24,000 bases of DNA from Clostridia bacterium (GCA_045655005.1 JAZOOJ010000001.1:81288-105287), one strand, 5' to 3'; positions 8,905-16,626 are shown, counted from the stretch's first letter. Numbers and translations: made by a program. Notes: generated from the sequence alone by a model not told the origin.

Positions 8905-10289
8905 TATTCTTCATCGTTTGAAATAGTTGGCAGGTCTTCGATAATTTCAAGTTTTAATTGAGTTATTTTTTTGCTTTCTATTGCAAGGATTGTAAATACA
9001 AGAGTAATTGCTTTTGTAACAAAATTCCCGTGTTCGTCAATTTGTTCGTCATTGGTGTTAACTTTTACTACGTCGTTTATATCGCAAAGTTCTTCGGACT
9101 TTTCAAAGATAAGACCTCCAACCGTTGTATAATTTGTTTCAGGAATATGCTCAATTTCAAGTTCTTCAAACAATTCAGTTAATTCGGTATCGGCGTCTAT
9201 AATATAAGTACCATCTTCAAGACGTTGAATATTATCGTGGTCTTGTTCTTCATCGTGTTCGTCATAAATTTCACCAACCATACATTCAATACAGTCTTCA
9301 AGGGTTACAAGTCCGCTCGTTCCACCTTGTTCGTCAATTACTATTGCTAAGTGCTTTTTCGCTTTTTGTAATTCACGTATTACATCATCAAGCTTCATTT
9401 CCTCAGATATAAAATGAGGGGTTGTCATTAATTTTTTAACACTTACTGGTTTAGTTGATGTAAGTAGGGCAGTAAAGAAATCCTTCTGATTAAGCACGCC
9501 AACTACATTATCTCTTGTACCGCTGTAAACAGGAAGTCTTGAATATTGGTATTCAACGAATAATTTTTTCACCGCTTCGATATCGTCATTTTCATCGATA
9601 AATATTACATCTTTTCTGTGCGTCATAACATCATAAGCAGATTGTTCGCCCAAACTTATTGCACCTTGTAGAATTTCTTTATTGTCGTGGTCAATGACAC
9701 CTTCTTCTTCCATAGTGTCAATAATGCTTTCAAGTTCAGTTTCTGTAACTGTTGGAACGACATCGGTTTCTCTTCTTTTTGTAATTTTATGTTGCAACCA
9801 GTAGAATGGGTAATAGATAGCGGAATATTTTAGCAGAAAATATACTCCGCCTGAGAATTTCAACGCATATTTTTCAGGGTTTGCTTTTGCCTTTGCCTTT
9901 GGTAAAATTTCACCAAAAATCAATATGATAATAGTTAACACTACGGTATTAAGTAGGTTGGAAATTGTTGGATTTAAAATAAATTTACCAAATAAATAGC
10001 CTGCAATTGTGGTACAAGCAATATTTACAAGGTTATTAAATGTAAGAATACAAGAAAGTGTTCTTTCAAAATTTTCGGTTATATAGATTGCTTTTCTTGA
10101 TCCTTTACGTTTCTCTTCGGCCAATGTTTTAAGCCTTAGCGAGTTACTTGAACTATAAGCGGTTTCACTGGCTGAGCAGAACGCCGAACAGAAAATCAGA
10201 ACAATTATGCTGAATAATAGGAAAATATCTCCTGACGAAATCTTTCCTAAAAAGTTTTGTGTTAAAATAATTGTACTCGGGACAACCAT
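8904..10289 (-). CDS. CNNM/HlyC/CorC-family transporter (DUF21 + CBS pair + CorC_HlyC)
   Basis: N-terminal TM helices, CBS-pair region, HLAIVIDEQGGTSGLVTLEDCIECMVGEIYDEHD, and a C-terminal TVGGLIFEK-type transporter-associated domain. SD AGGAG. Confidence 0.9.
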   Translation of the reverse strand: MVVPSTIILTQNFLGKISSGDIFLLFSIIVLIFCSAFCSASETAYSSSNSLRLKTLAEEKRKGSRKAIYITENFERTLSCILTFNNLVNIACTTIAGYLFGKFILNPTISNLLNTVVLTIIILIFGEILPKAKAKANPEKYALKFSGGVYFLLKYSAIYYPFYWLQHKITKRRETDVVPTVTETELESIIDTMEEEGVIDHDNKEILQGAISLGEQSAYDVMTHRKDVIFIDENDDIEAVKKLFVEYQYSRLPVYSGTRDNVVGVLNQKDFFTALLTSTKPVSVKKLMTTPHFISEEMKLDDVIRELQKAKKHLAIVIDEQGGTSGLVTLEDCIECMVGEIYDEHDEEQDHDNIQRLEDGTYIIDADTELTELFEELEIEHIPETNYTTVGGLIFEKSEELCDINDVVKVNTNDEQIDEHGNFVTKAITLVFTILAIESKKITQLKLEIIEDLPTISNDEE

Positions 10290-10365
10290 TTTTTATCTCC
10301 TAAATTTGCCTATCTCAATTTGGCTTGACTAAAGCAAGTCAGGTAGGTAAATTTTATTGCCATAT

Positions 10366-10394
10366 ATTATACACCAATTTTCAAAAATTGTCAA
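10366..10394 (-). promoter_or_regulatory. Consensus sigma-A promoter for the CNNM gene
   Basis: On the minus strand: TTGACA, 17-nt spacer, TATAAT. The leader of about 70 nt contains a 7-bp hairpin (10325-10344). Confidence 0.6.
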
Positions 10395-10423
10395 GTTTAC
10401 CATATATTATATGTATTGTTGAC

Positions 10424-11038
10424 CTAAAATTTACGAAGTAATCCAGTTACGACTCCTAAAATTGTGCAATTTTCAACAATGATTGGTTCCATAAAATCAT
10501 TTTCAGGTTGAAGTCTTATATGCCCGTCTTCTTTATAAAATCGTTTAACTGTTGCGCTGTCATCGATTAAAGCAACAACAATTTCACCATTTCTTGCAGT
10601 ATTTTGCTTTTTGACGATTATTTTATCGCCATTAAAAATGCCTGCATTTATCATACTTTCACCTGATACCGTTGTCGCAAATAATTCATCTGAATTAAAT
10701 AATGATTTAGGCAAGCACAAATTTTCTTCCAAATTCTCTGTCGCAAGAATTGGAGTTCCTGCAGCAACCGTTCCAAGCAGTGGGGCGTAGGTTATTTCTG
10801 ATGGATTTATTACAGATTTTTTTATGCCAACAACTTCAATCGCACGATTTTTTGTGCTTGAACGCCTAATATGACCTTGTTGTTCAAGTTTATCAAGATA
10901 ATAGTGGGCAGTGGCAGAAGAACTTACATTTAGTTCTTTGCAAATTTCACGCACAGTAGGTGGATAACCAAACTGATTTACAAAATTGGTTATAAATTGC
11001 AATGTTTTATTCAATTTATCTTGCGTAGTCTTTGCCAT
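10424..11038 (-). CDS. lexA: LexA repressor (S24 peptidase)
   Basis: N-terminal LexA DNA-binding domain (FGYPPTVREI...SSSATAHYYLDKLEQQGHIRR), Ala-Gly cleavage site (VAAGTP), catalytic Ser in SGESM and Lys in VKRF. The ATG at 11038 has SD GAGGGA; the track's upstream start is unlikely. Confidence 0.95.
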   Translation of the reverse strand: MAKTTQDKLNKTLQFITNFVNQFGYPPTVREICKELNVSSSATAHYYLDKLEQQGHIRRSSTKNRAIEVVGIKKSVINPSEITYAPLLGTVAAGTPILATENLEENLCLPKSLFNSDELFATTVSGESMINAGIFNGDKIIVKKQNTARNGEIVVALIDDSATVKRFYKEDGHIRLQPENDFMEPIIVENCTILGVVTGLLRKF

Positions 11039-11094
11039 AAAATCCCTCAAAAAATGTGTAGTCAAATAACTCTTGGAATTATTATACTACACAA

Positions 11095-11122
11095 ATTATA
11101 GAAATGCAAAACATTTGTTCAA
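11095..11122 (-). promoter_or_regulatory. lexA promoter with overlapping SOS (Cheo-type) box
   Basis: Minus strand: TTGAAC-16 nt-TATAAT. A GAAC-AAAT-GTTT box (plus-strand 11109-11120, AAACATTTGTTC) overlaps the -35 and spacer. It has one core mismatch to GAAC-N4-GTTC. Confidence 0.65.
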
Positions 11123-11152
11123 AAAATTTAAACAAAATTTTACCTATTATTG

Positions 11153-11181
11153 TTGAACAAAAATTCATCTTGTGTTATAAT
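11153..11181 (+). promoter_or_regulatory. Promoter of the His/Cys-rich gene with overlapping SOS-like box
   Basis: TTGAAC (11153-11158), 17-nt spacer, TGt-TATAAT (11173-11181). GAAC-AAAA-ATTC (11155-11166) overlaps the -35 and has one core mismatch to the Cheo box. Confidence 0.6.
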
Positions 11182-11212
11182 GCTGGGTAATAAATTTAGG
11201 AGTGTATTAAAA

Positions 11213-11533
11213 ATGGAAGAACAACATCATCACCACGATTGCGATTGTCACAACCATACACAACATAGCGATTGCAACTGCGGTTCTCATTCACATCAAA
11301 ACGATAAAAAGGATATTCAAAAGAAAAAATATAAAGATTTTGAGTTTGACGACGAAACCGATTTTACCTGTGATTTAGACCCAACAAAAATATGTGATAA
11401 TTGCGGAAAGTGCCTGGATGCTTTTAATACAGATAAAGAGGGCTATGTGCAAATTCAAATCGATAAAATCGAAAAAGGTGATAGCACCCTTCAAGACCTT
11501 TACAAAATGTATGGGCTTGATGATAATCAATAA
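11213..11533 (+). CDS. Small His/Cys-rich protein (106 aa), unknown function, probably metal-binding
   Basis: ATG at 11213 with SD AGGAG. The N-terminus is MEEQHHHHDCDCHNHTQHSDCNCGSHSH, with a second Cys cluster CDNCGKC. No TM segment. The track's TTG at 11150 lies inside the promoter. Confidence 0.75.
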   Translation: MEEQHHHHDCDCHNHTQHSDCNCGSHSHQNDKKDIQKKKYKDFEFDDETDFTCDLDPTKICDNCGKCLDAFNTDKEGYVQIQIDKIEKGDSTLQDLYKMYGLDDNQ

Positions 11534-12568
11534 TTAATCTCTAAGTTTTACTTTGTTTGCAACGTTTTTACGTAAGTCTTCTGAAATGGCAGCATAGTGT
11601 TTTTTAGTGGTGTTTACATCTTTATGCCCCAAAACGTCTGCAACGATGTAAATATCTTGAGTTTCACGATAAAGTTCAGTACCATACGTACTCCTCAATT
11701 TATGAGGAGTAATTTTTTTTAGTGGGGTGGTTGCACTTGCATATTTTTTCACAAGTAATTGAACAGTCCTAACATTAATACGTCTGTTTTGAAGTGATAA
11801 AAAAACCGCAGGCTCATTTCTTGCTTGCTTATTTTCACTACGTCTTACTAGGTATGAAAGCAGAGCATCACGAACTTCATCTCCAAAATATACAATTTCT
11901 TGATTTCCGCCTTTTCGGGTAATCTTTATGCCGTTCACATCAAAATCCAGATCATCAAGATTAAGACCCACACACTCTGAAACACGAATTCCTGTACCAA
12001 GCATTAGCGTAATAATTGCGACATCTCTTTCTTTTGTGTATTGATGAAAGGCTTTCTCTCGGTCGGTAAGCGAAGACCCTGCCTCTGTAATGGTAATAAG
12101 TTTTGCGACTTCGTCTGATTCAAGTTTAATAATTGGCTTTTCATGTAGTTTGGGCATTTTTACTTTTTGAGTTACATTCTCATTAATCATTTCTTTGTTA
12201 TAAAAATAAGTGAAAAATGACTTAATTGTAGACAATTTCCTAGATTTACCTTGCTCTCCATTAGAATATTCTTTATTATCATATGAATAATGCGACAAAT
12301 AACTAAGAAAATTCTCTATTGTCTGAGCCGAAATCACATTCAAATCTGCTGGTTCAAGTTGACGAAGATCTTTATCAAACAATTCTGTTTCTGTCATTAG
12401 ATATTCAAAAAACACCCTGAGGTCATAGGCATAATTCAGCCTGGTGAGTGGGGAAGTAGATTGCTCAACACCTACAAAAAAGATTTCTGCAAATATGGGC
12501 AATTCTTTTAAAATTTCACGAGTTTTTAATATGCAGTTGTCTGCACGAGTTTCAAAATAATTTTTCAT
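11534..12568 (-). CDS. Tyrosine recombinase, XerS-like single Xer-type recombinase (about 344-349 aa)
   Basis: Catalytic signature: GTGIRVSE (Arg), TPHKLRSTY (H-x-x-R), LGHKDVNTTKKHY (His/Tyr). The size, the N-terminal domain and the ITRKGGNQEIV segment resemble streptococcal XerS as I recall it. Its stop abuts the stop of the convergent upstream gene (TAA|TTA). The start is ambiguous: ATG 12568 (leaderless geometry) or GTG 12583. Confidence 0.8.
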   Translation of the reverse strand: MKNYFETRADNCILKTREILKELPIFAEIFFVGVEQSTSPLTRLNYAYDLRVFFEYLMTETELFDKDLRQLEPADLNVISAQTIENFLSYLSHYSYDNKEYSNGEQGKSRKLSTIKSFFTYFYNKEMINENVTQKVKMPKLHEKPIIKLESDEVAKLITITEAGSSLTDREKAFHQYTKERDVAIITLMLGTGIRVSECVGLNLDDLDFDVNGIKITRKGGNQEIVYFGDEVRDALLSYLVRRSENKQARNEPAVFLSLQNRRINVRTVQLLVKKYASATTPLKKITPHKLRSTYGTELYRETQDIYIVADVLGHKDVNTTKKHYAAISEDLRKNVANKVKLRD

Positions 12569-12574
12569 AAATTT

Positions 12575-12603
12575 ATTATACACAACTCCTAAGTTATTTA
12601 CAA
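12575..12603 (-). promoter_or_regulatory. Promoter of the recombinase gene
   Basis: Minus strand: TTGTAA, 17-nt spacer, TATAAT, then 6 nt to the ATG at 12568. Confidence 0.45.
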
Positions 12604-12613
12604 ACGATTTTTA

Positions 12614-12628
12614 ATCTTTTCGCAAAAT
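12614..12628. promoter_or_regulatory. Candidate recombinase-binding (dif-like) site just upstream of the recombinase promoter
   Basis: ATCTTTTCGCAAAAT equals the reverse complement of the 34-bp att repeat (ATCTTTT-AAGACTT-CGCAAAAT) with the central 7 nt absent. It shares the exact 10-mer ATTTTGCGAA with both att repeats. Confidence 0.3.
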
Positions 12629-12906
12629 ACTTTTTTGGTTTTATATCAAACTAAATAATTTAAGCACAAACATAAATAAATTATTATAACACAGAGAGAA
12701 TTTCAATATTTATACAAAAACTATTCTGTGCCTGTTATGTAATGATATTGTGTGAGAGAGAGATATATAGCAAAAGATATGTATAAAACACGCATTGATT
12801 TTGTTTAATGTATTTTTAAAGCGTTCTGTCACAGAATACAACAAAAACAATGATCAAATTATTAAAGAAATTCTGAGATAAATACATTGATAATGGATAA
12901 CTAAAC

Positions 12907-12959
12907 TTTGTACGATTTCTGACGGAATGAATAAAAATTTTCTGAGCAAATCGTACAAA
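12907..12959. repeat. Perfect 12-bp inverted repeat with a 29-nt loop in non-coding DNA
   Basis: TTTGTACGATTT (12907-12918) and AAATCGTACAAA (12948-12959). Each arm is adjacent to a CTGA. Confidence 0.7.
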
Positions 12960-13140
12960 AATTTGTGTGGAAATATTATAATAAATACACAACATATTTT
13001 ATAGAGTTTACTCATGTAAAACTAATACGATTTATTATAAATTGGTGAATCAAAATTATATAAACAATAGTAAAATTAACGACAGACTTGGAAGATGTCA
13101 AAATTTTAAGATTTTCTAGCAAATAATCATAAATTAAATA

Positions 13141-13162
13141 AAATGCCAAAAAAATGCCAAAA
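13141..13162 (+). repeat. Tandem 11-mer x2 (AAATGCCAAAA)
   Basis: Two perfect adjacent copies 30 nt to the left of the left att repeat. Confidence 0.7.
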
Positions 13163-13191
13163 TTTGAGTAATTTTCGCCTTATAATTTCGT

Positions 13192-13225
13192 AAAATCTGC
13201 ATTTTGCGAAGTCTTAAAAGATGTC
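13192..13225 (+). repeat. Left 34-bp direct repeat (candidate attL)
   Basis: AAAATCTGCATTTTGCGAAGTCTTAAAAGATGTC; 33/34 identical to 20217-20250. Confidence 0.85.
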
Positions 13226-13253
13226 TTTATTATAAAAAAGTTCTTTCCTATTG

Positions 13254-14102
13254 TCAAGCAAATTCTTCATTATTTTTAAAAAAATTTATTTGACGCATAA
13301 TTCTTTCGAATATCTCTCTTGAAATCCCTACCCTACTGGCTGAATTTTGCACAAATGGTTGAAGACTTTTCTGTTTATCTTTTCCGAGTTGTTTAAAATA
13401 AAACATAGGATCATCTGACATTGAAAGTAATTTCAAAAGGACTAAATCAGTTTTTGAAAGTTTAACCATATCAAACATATCTAAGTCTTTAAAAAAAACA
13501 ACTTCTGGAAATTGTGTCATAAATATATCATAATCAATCTTATTTGACGTTATTTCAAGACGAGTCAATGAATAGTCAAGTTTACTTTCAATAGTTTTAT
13601 TGTACAGTTTACAACGACCAAATTCAGAATCAGATCCGAGATATTCAGTAACATTTTCGCCAGAAGAGTCAAATGAATGACGCTTATGAACTCTTCTATC
13701 TTTCTTTAAATAAACCAAAGAACGCTTACAAGGAATATCAATCGAAATATCATAATTAACCATCTCGCAATCTTGCCAGCGTCTGCGAAGAAAAAATAAG
13801 ACCGAACTTAATTCACGAGAATAACCAACTTTATTAGGGTTGAACTGAACAAAACAACTAAAGAAATCTTTTTTTGAAAGTCCATTAAAACAAAGACCAA
13901 CTGAAAAAGAATTTTCTTTTATATATATCGTAAATAATTCACGATAATTAAATGGTTTAACCGAAAAAGAATGCTTATGCTCAAATCTTCTTAAATAGTC
14001 CATTATTTCAAAACAAGATTCTTGTGTAATTTTGAATTTATAACGAACCATATCAAGACTATAAATCAATTTATTTTCAGACGTTGGAAAATAATAAGAT
14101 AA
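13254..14102 (-). CDS. Rolling-circle replication initiator, Rep_trans-like (gene II equivalent)
   Basis: Motifs reminiscent of PF02486: LDMVRYKF near the N-terminus, VQFNPNKV, YLGSDSEFGRCKLYNK and LTRLEI. I prefer the ATG at 14102 (SD AGGTG 4 nt upstream). The track's ATG at 14222 overlaps a TATAAT and has no SD. Confidence 0.6.
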   Translation of the reverse strand, partial: LSYYFPTSENKLIYSLDMVRYKFKITQESCFEIMDYLRRFEHKHSFSVKPFNYRELFTIYIKENSFSVGLCFNGLSKKDFFSCFVQFNPNKVGYSRELSSVLFFLRRRWQDCEMVNYDISIDIPCKRSLVYLKKDRRVHKRHSFDSSGENVTEYLGSDSEFGRCKLYNKTIESKLDYSLTRLEITSNKIDYDIFMTQFPEVVFFKDLDMFDMVKLSKTDLVLLKLLSMSDDPMFYFKQLGKDKQKSLQPFVQNSASRVGISREIFERIMRQINFFKNNEEFA

Positions 14103-14498
14103 CATATCACACCTATCCACCCTACTATTTTTTACTAAAAATGCGGAAAACCGCACGACTTGGCACCTTGTTAGACGTAGGTGCGAAAAACGTTTTTTAT
14201 TTTTTATTTTGTACGTAGACATTATAGTGTTTACGTAGTCAAGATAAAGAACCTTGACGAAAGGCTAATCAAGTGCGTAATGCACTATGGATGAAACTTT
14301 AAATGTAGAAACTCGCATTGCTACCTTGAGAAAAACTAAAACCTTGACATTTTAACCTAACATTAGGGCATCGCCCTAATAACCCAATAACGCAAGGCTC
14401 AGAATTGCAAGCAGTAGAAAAGACCTTTAAAATTACTTGATTTTGATATTGTAATTGTGATAGAATTGTAAAAAAAACAAAAAGGGAAAAATAAAAAA
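14103..14498. other. Structured intergenic region: candidate replication origin, packaging signal and divergent promoters
   Basis: Hairpins TGCGG-AAAA-CCGCA (14142-14155), GCACCT/AGGTGC (14163-14184), AGTGC-GTAAT-GCACT (14272-14286) and ATTAGGGC-ATC-GCCCTAAT (14362-14380). Palindrome AAAACGTTTT. ACGTAG x3 (14175, 14213, 14233). AACCTTGAC x2 (14250, 14340). Confidence 0.5.
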
Positions 14499-15182
14499 GT
14501 GGGAAGAAGAAAACAAAAAAAACAAGATACAGCTTCAGCAATAGGAATACTATTTGTTATAGCTATTTGTATTGCGTTGATAAAAATAATAGCACCAATA
14601 CTCATTGCAACAGCAGTAATTGTAATAATTATTAAAATTGTAAAAAAAATCAAAGCAAAAAAAACATATACAAACAAAGAAAAAATATATTACGAAGATC
14701 TAAATGAAGACGAACCTATTGACAATCTACAATTTAAAACTAATAATGAGACATATATTGATAAAGAAAAATACCAATTAAGCAAAAAAAAATACACCAA
14801 GAAAGAAGAATATCAAACAAATTGTGAAAAATATTATTACAAAATAATAAAAGAAGAATTTGAAACTAAATATGATATATTCCCACAAGTTCCATTATCA
14901 TCTGTCATAAAAAAGAATAAAGACTTTGAAAAACAATATCAAAACGAACTATTCAGAATAATAGATTTTGGAATTTTTGAGAAAGAAACACAAAAACCCT
15001 TATTGCTAATAGAAATTAACGACAAAACACATAAACAGCAAAATAGGATTAAAAGGGACAATAAAATAAAAGAAATCTGTAATAATGCAAACATAAAATT
15101 AATTACATTTTGGACAGATGAAAATAAAAATAAAGAGTATATTATCAATAAAATAAAAAACACATTAGATTACATTTTATAA
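14499..15182 (+). CDS. Membrane-anchored DUF2726 (restriction-endonuclease-fold) protein; accessory gene on the opposite strand
   Basis: GTG start with AAGGGA upstream. N-terminal hydrophobic helices, then YDIFPQVPLSSVI...FRIIDFGIFEKETQKPLLLIEINDKTHKQQNRIKRDNKIKEICNNANIKLITF, which fits the DUF2726 pattern. Confidence 0.6.
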   Translation: MGRRKQKKQDTASAIGILFVIAICIALIKIIAPILIATAVIVIIIKIVKKIKAKKTYTNKEKIYYEDLNEDEPIDNLQFKTNNETYIDKEKYQLSKKKYTKKEEYQTNCEKYYYKIIKEEFETKYDIFPQVPLSSVIKKNKDFEKQYQNELFRIIDFGIFEKETQKPLLLIEINDKTHKQQNRIKRDNKIKEICNNANIKLITFWTDENKNKEYIINKIKNTLDYIL

Positions 15183-15192
15183 TATTTTAGGG

Positions 15193-15218
15193 GGGAGCGA
15201 CATAAAGTCGCTCCCTTT
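15193..15218. terminator. Bidirectional terminator between the DUF2726 gene and the convergent phage operon
   Basis: 9-bp GC-rich stem GGGAGCGAC/GTCGCTCCC, loop ATAAA, followed by TTT. Confidence 0.8.
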
Positions 15219-15232
15219 AACCCTCAAAAAAA

Positions 15233-15652
15233 TTAAAAAAATATAAACTTGGCGACCCAAATAACATAAATAATTACTTGTAAAAGGCCTCTTGCACAAA
15301 ACTCAATAACAGAATAAAACCCAGTTGCCATGTTAAAAAAATCACGAATAAAATTAAAAGCACCCCAGTCGGAAACTATCTCAAGAGAATCAAACCACGT
15401 CATAGACATTGAAACACTGGGAGCATCAGCAACGGATGAAAGCAGACCACCAAAAGTTATAAAACCATTACCAAGTAAAGTCTTAAATAAAGAAACAACA
15501 AGAACAAGACCAAGAACAAGAGAGAGAACATTAAAACCCTGCCTAACATCATTAGATGACACATTAGAGTCTATTTTTTCTTTTGGTTTTTTTTGAGTAA
15601 CAGTAACATTAGAACCACCACGTGAAATCACAGTAATTTCTTTTTTTGACAT
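15233..15652 (-). CDS. Phage membrane protein (139 aa), pVI-position candidate
   Basis: ATG at 15652 preceded by GAGGTGG. Several hydrophobic helices. Last gene of the minus-strand operon. Confidence 0.6.
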   Translation of the reverse strand: MSKKEITVISRGGSNVTVTQKKPKEKIDSNVSSNDVRQGFNVLSLVLGLVLVVSLFKTLLGNGFITFGGLLSSVADAPSVSMSMTWFDSLEIVSDWGAFNFIRDFFNMATGFYSVIEFCARGLLQVIIYVIWVAKFIFF

Positions 15653-15663
15653 AAACCACCTCA

Positions 15664-16626
15664 CTAAATTAAAAGCCTAACAACTGAAACTATAAAAGCC
15701 AAAGTTAATAACCCAGTAAAGAACCCAGCAAGATTAACACCAAGCAACTCAAAATTAAACAAACCCATAAATGCTTGCACCGGAGCATCTATAACAGCAG
15801 AAATCAAACTAAAGAAAGTATAGCTATTGGAAGCGTTTGCACCTGCTTGATAACCATTGTTATAGCCTATAACTTCGCCAGCTCTAGACCCTGCAGAATA
15901 ACCATTATCATAACCGACATTTTCACCAATTGAATAACCGGAATCATATCCTTCCTTAAAAACATCATCATCTAAAAATGTGCCGACTAAATAATAATAT
16001 CGGTCAGTATATTCAAAATACGAAGCAATATGAGCATTTTCACCGGTAATATCGCAAGGTATGCGAATAGAAAAGACTTTATCATTTTCATCATAGTAGT
16101 CAATGTAAGTATATATACGCATAGTGTGAGTATTTAACATAGATTCAGTGCTATAAATACGAACTTTTTTTACAAAACAGTTAAAACCATAATCACAACC
16201 GAGTGCATATGAAAAATAGTAATGATTAGCATTATTAACAGTCTGATGAAAAGAAGTATATGTAAGAGGCTCACCCTCATTACTAAAATTAACTTGTTGT
16301 GTAGTATTTACTGAATCATAACCGATACCAGGATAAAAATATTTAAATTCAATATCCGACTCAATATAGCCATTGTAATTATTCAAATCAACTTCAAAAT
16401 TAAAAAAGCCTAATGCATAACCGACACCTTCTTGGATTGAACTAGAAACTGTAACAATTGAACTACCATTAAAAGAATAACCAGTAGAGACTTCATCAGC
16501 ACTAGCAATCATTGTTTTAGGTTGAAATTTGGGTAAAAAAGGGCTTATACAAAGCATCAAAGCACTTGCACAAGCAATAAATATACTAGATATTCTTTTA
16601 ATTATTTTTCGTTTGTTTTCGACCAT
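15664..16626 (-). CDS. Secreted, C-terminally anchored protein with Gly/Tyr-rich repeats; pIII-like adsorption protein candidate
   Basis: N-terminal signal-like segment (IFIACASALMLCISPF), repeats GYDSGYSIG / VGYDNGYSAG / IGYNNGYQAG, and a C-terminal TM (FFTGLLTLAFIVSVV). The start is ATG 16626 or GTG 16632. Confidence 0.55.
   Translation of the reverse strand: MVENKRKIIKRISSIFIACASALMLCISPFLPKFQPKTMIASADEVSTGYSFNGSSIVTVSSSIQEGVGYALGFFNFEVDLNNYNGYIESDIEFKYFYPGIGYDSVNTTQQVNFSNEGEPLTYTSFHQTVNNANHYYFSYALGCDYGFNCFVKKVRIYSTESMLNTHTMRIYTYIDYYDENDKVFSIRIPCDITGENAHIASYFEYTDRYYYLVGTFLDDDVFKEGYDSGYSIGENVGYDNGYSAGSRAGEVIGYNNGYQAGANASNSYTFFSLISAVIDAPVQAFMGLFNFELLGVNLAGFFTGLLTLAFIVSVVRLLI

Noticed and set aside
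1061-9182. Short antisense or embedded ORFs in the track (for example 1061-1258, 1431-1613, 2010-2273, 2705-3089, 3827-4414, 6169-6360, 7290-7490, 7561-7782, 8433-8624, 8958-9182)
   Set aside because: All lie antisense to, or inside, much longer well-supported genes. They lack SD sequences and have the low-complexity composition typical of AT-rich antisense frames.
10360-10411. 12-bp perfect direct repeat CCATATATTATA x2, 40 bp apart, between lexA and the CNNM gene
   Set aside because: One copy is simply the -10 region of the CNNM promoter. The motif is low-complexity AT sequence, so I would not claim a function without further evidence.
12727-12747. Similarity between the left gap (TGCCTGTTATGTAATGATA) and the right flank at 20346-20378 (TGCCCTGTTATGACAGAC...TAATGATA), as if the flank were duplicated
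   Set aside because: Only about 10 + 8 nt match, interrupted by an indel, and the similarity does not extend on either side. This is insufficient to claim a target duplication.
13085-13099. Possible third partial copy of the att repeat arm (AGACTTGGAAGATGTC)
   Set aside because: Only the 8-mer AAGATGTC matches, and AGACTT is the reverse complement of AAGTCT. This is too short to separate from chance in AT-rich DNA.
14299-14677. Two minus-strand ORFs (80 and 92 aa) in the phage intergenic region and the DUF2726 5' end
   Set aside because: They overlap the hairpin-rich non-coding region and the opposite strand of the A-rich start of the DUF2726 gene. Their F/I/L-rich translations are a composition artefact, and they have no SD.
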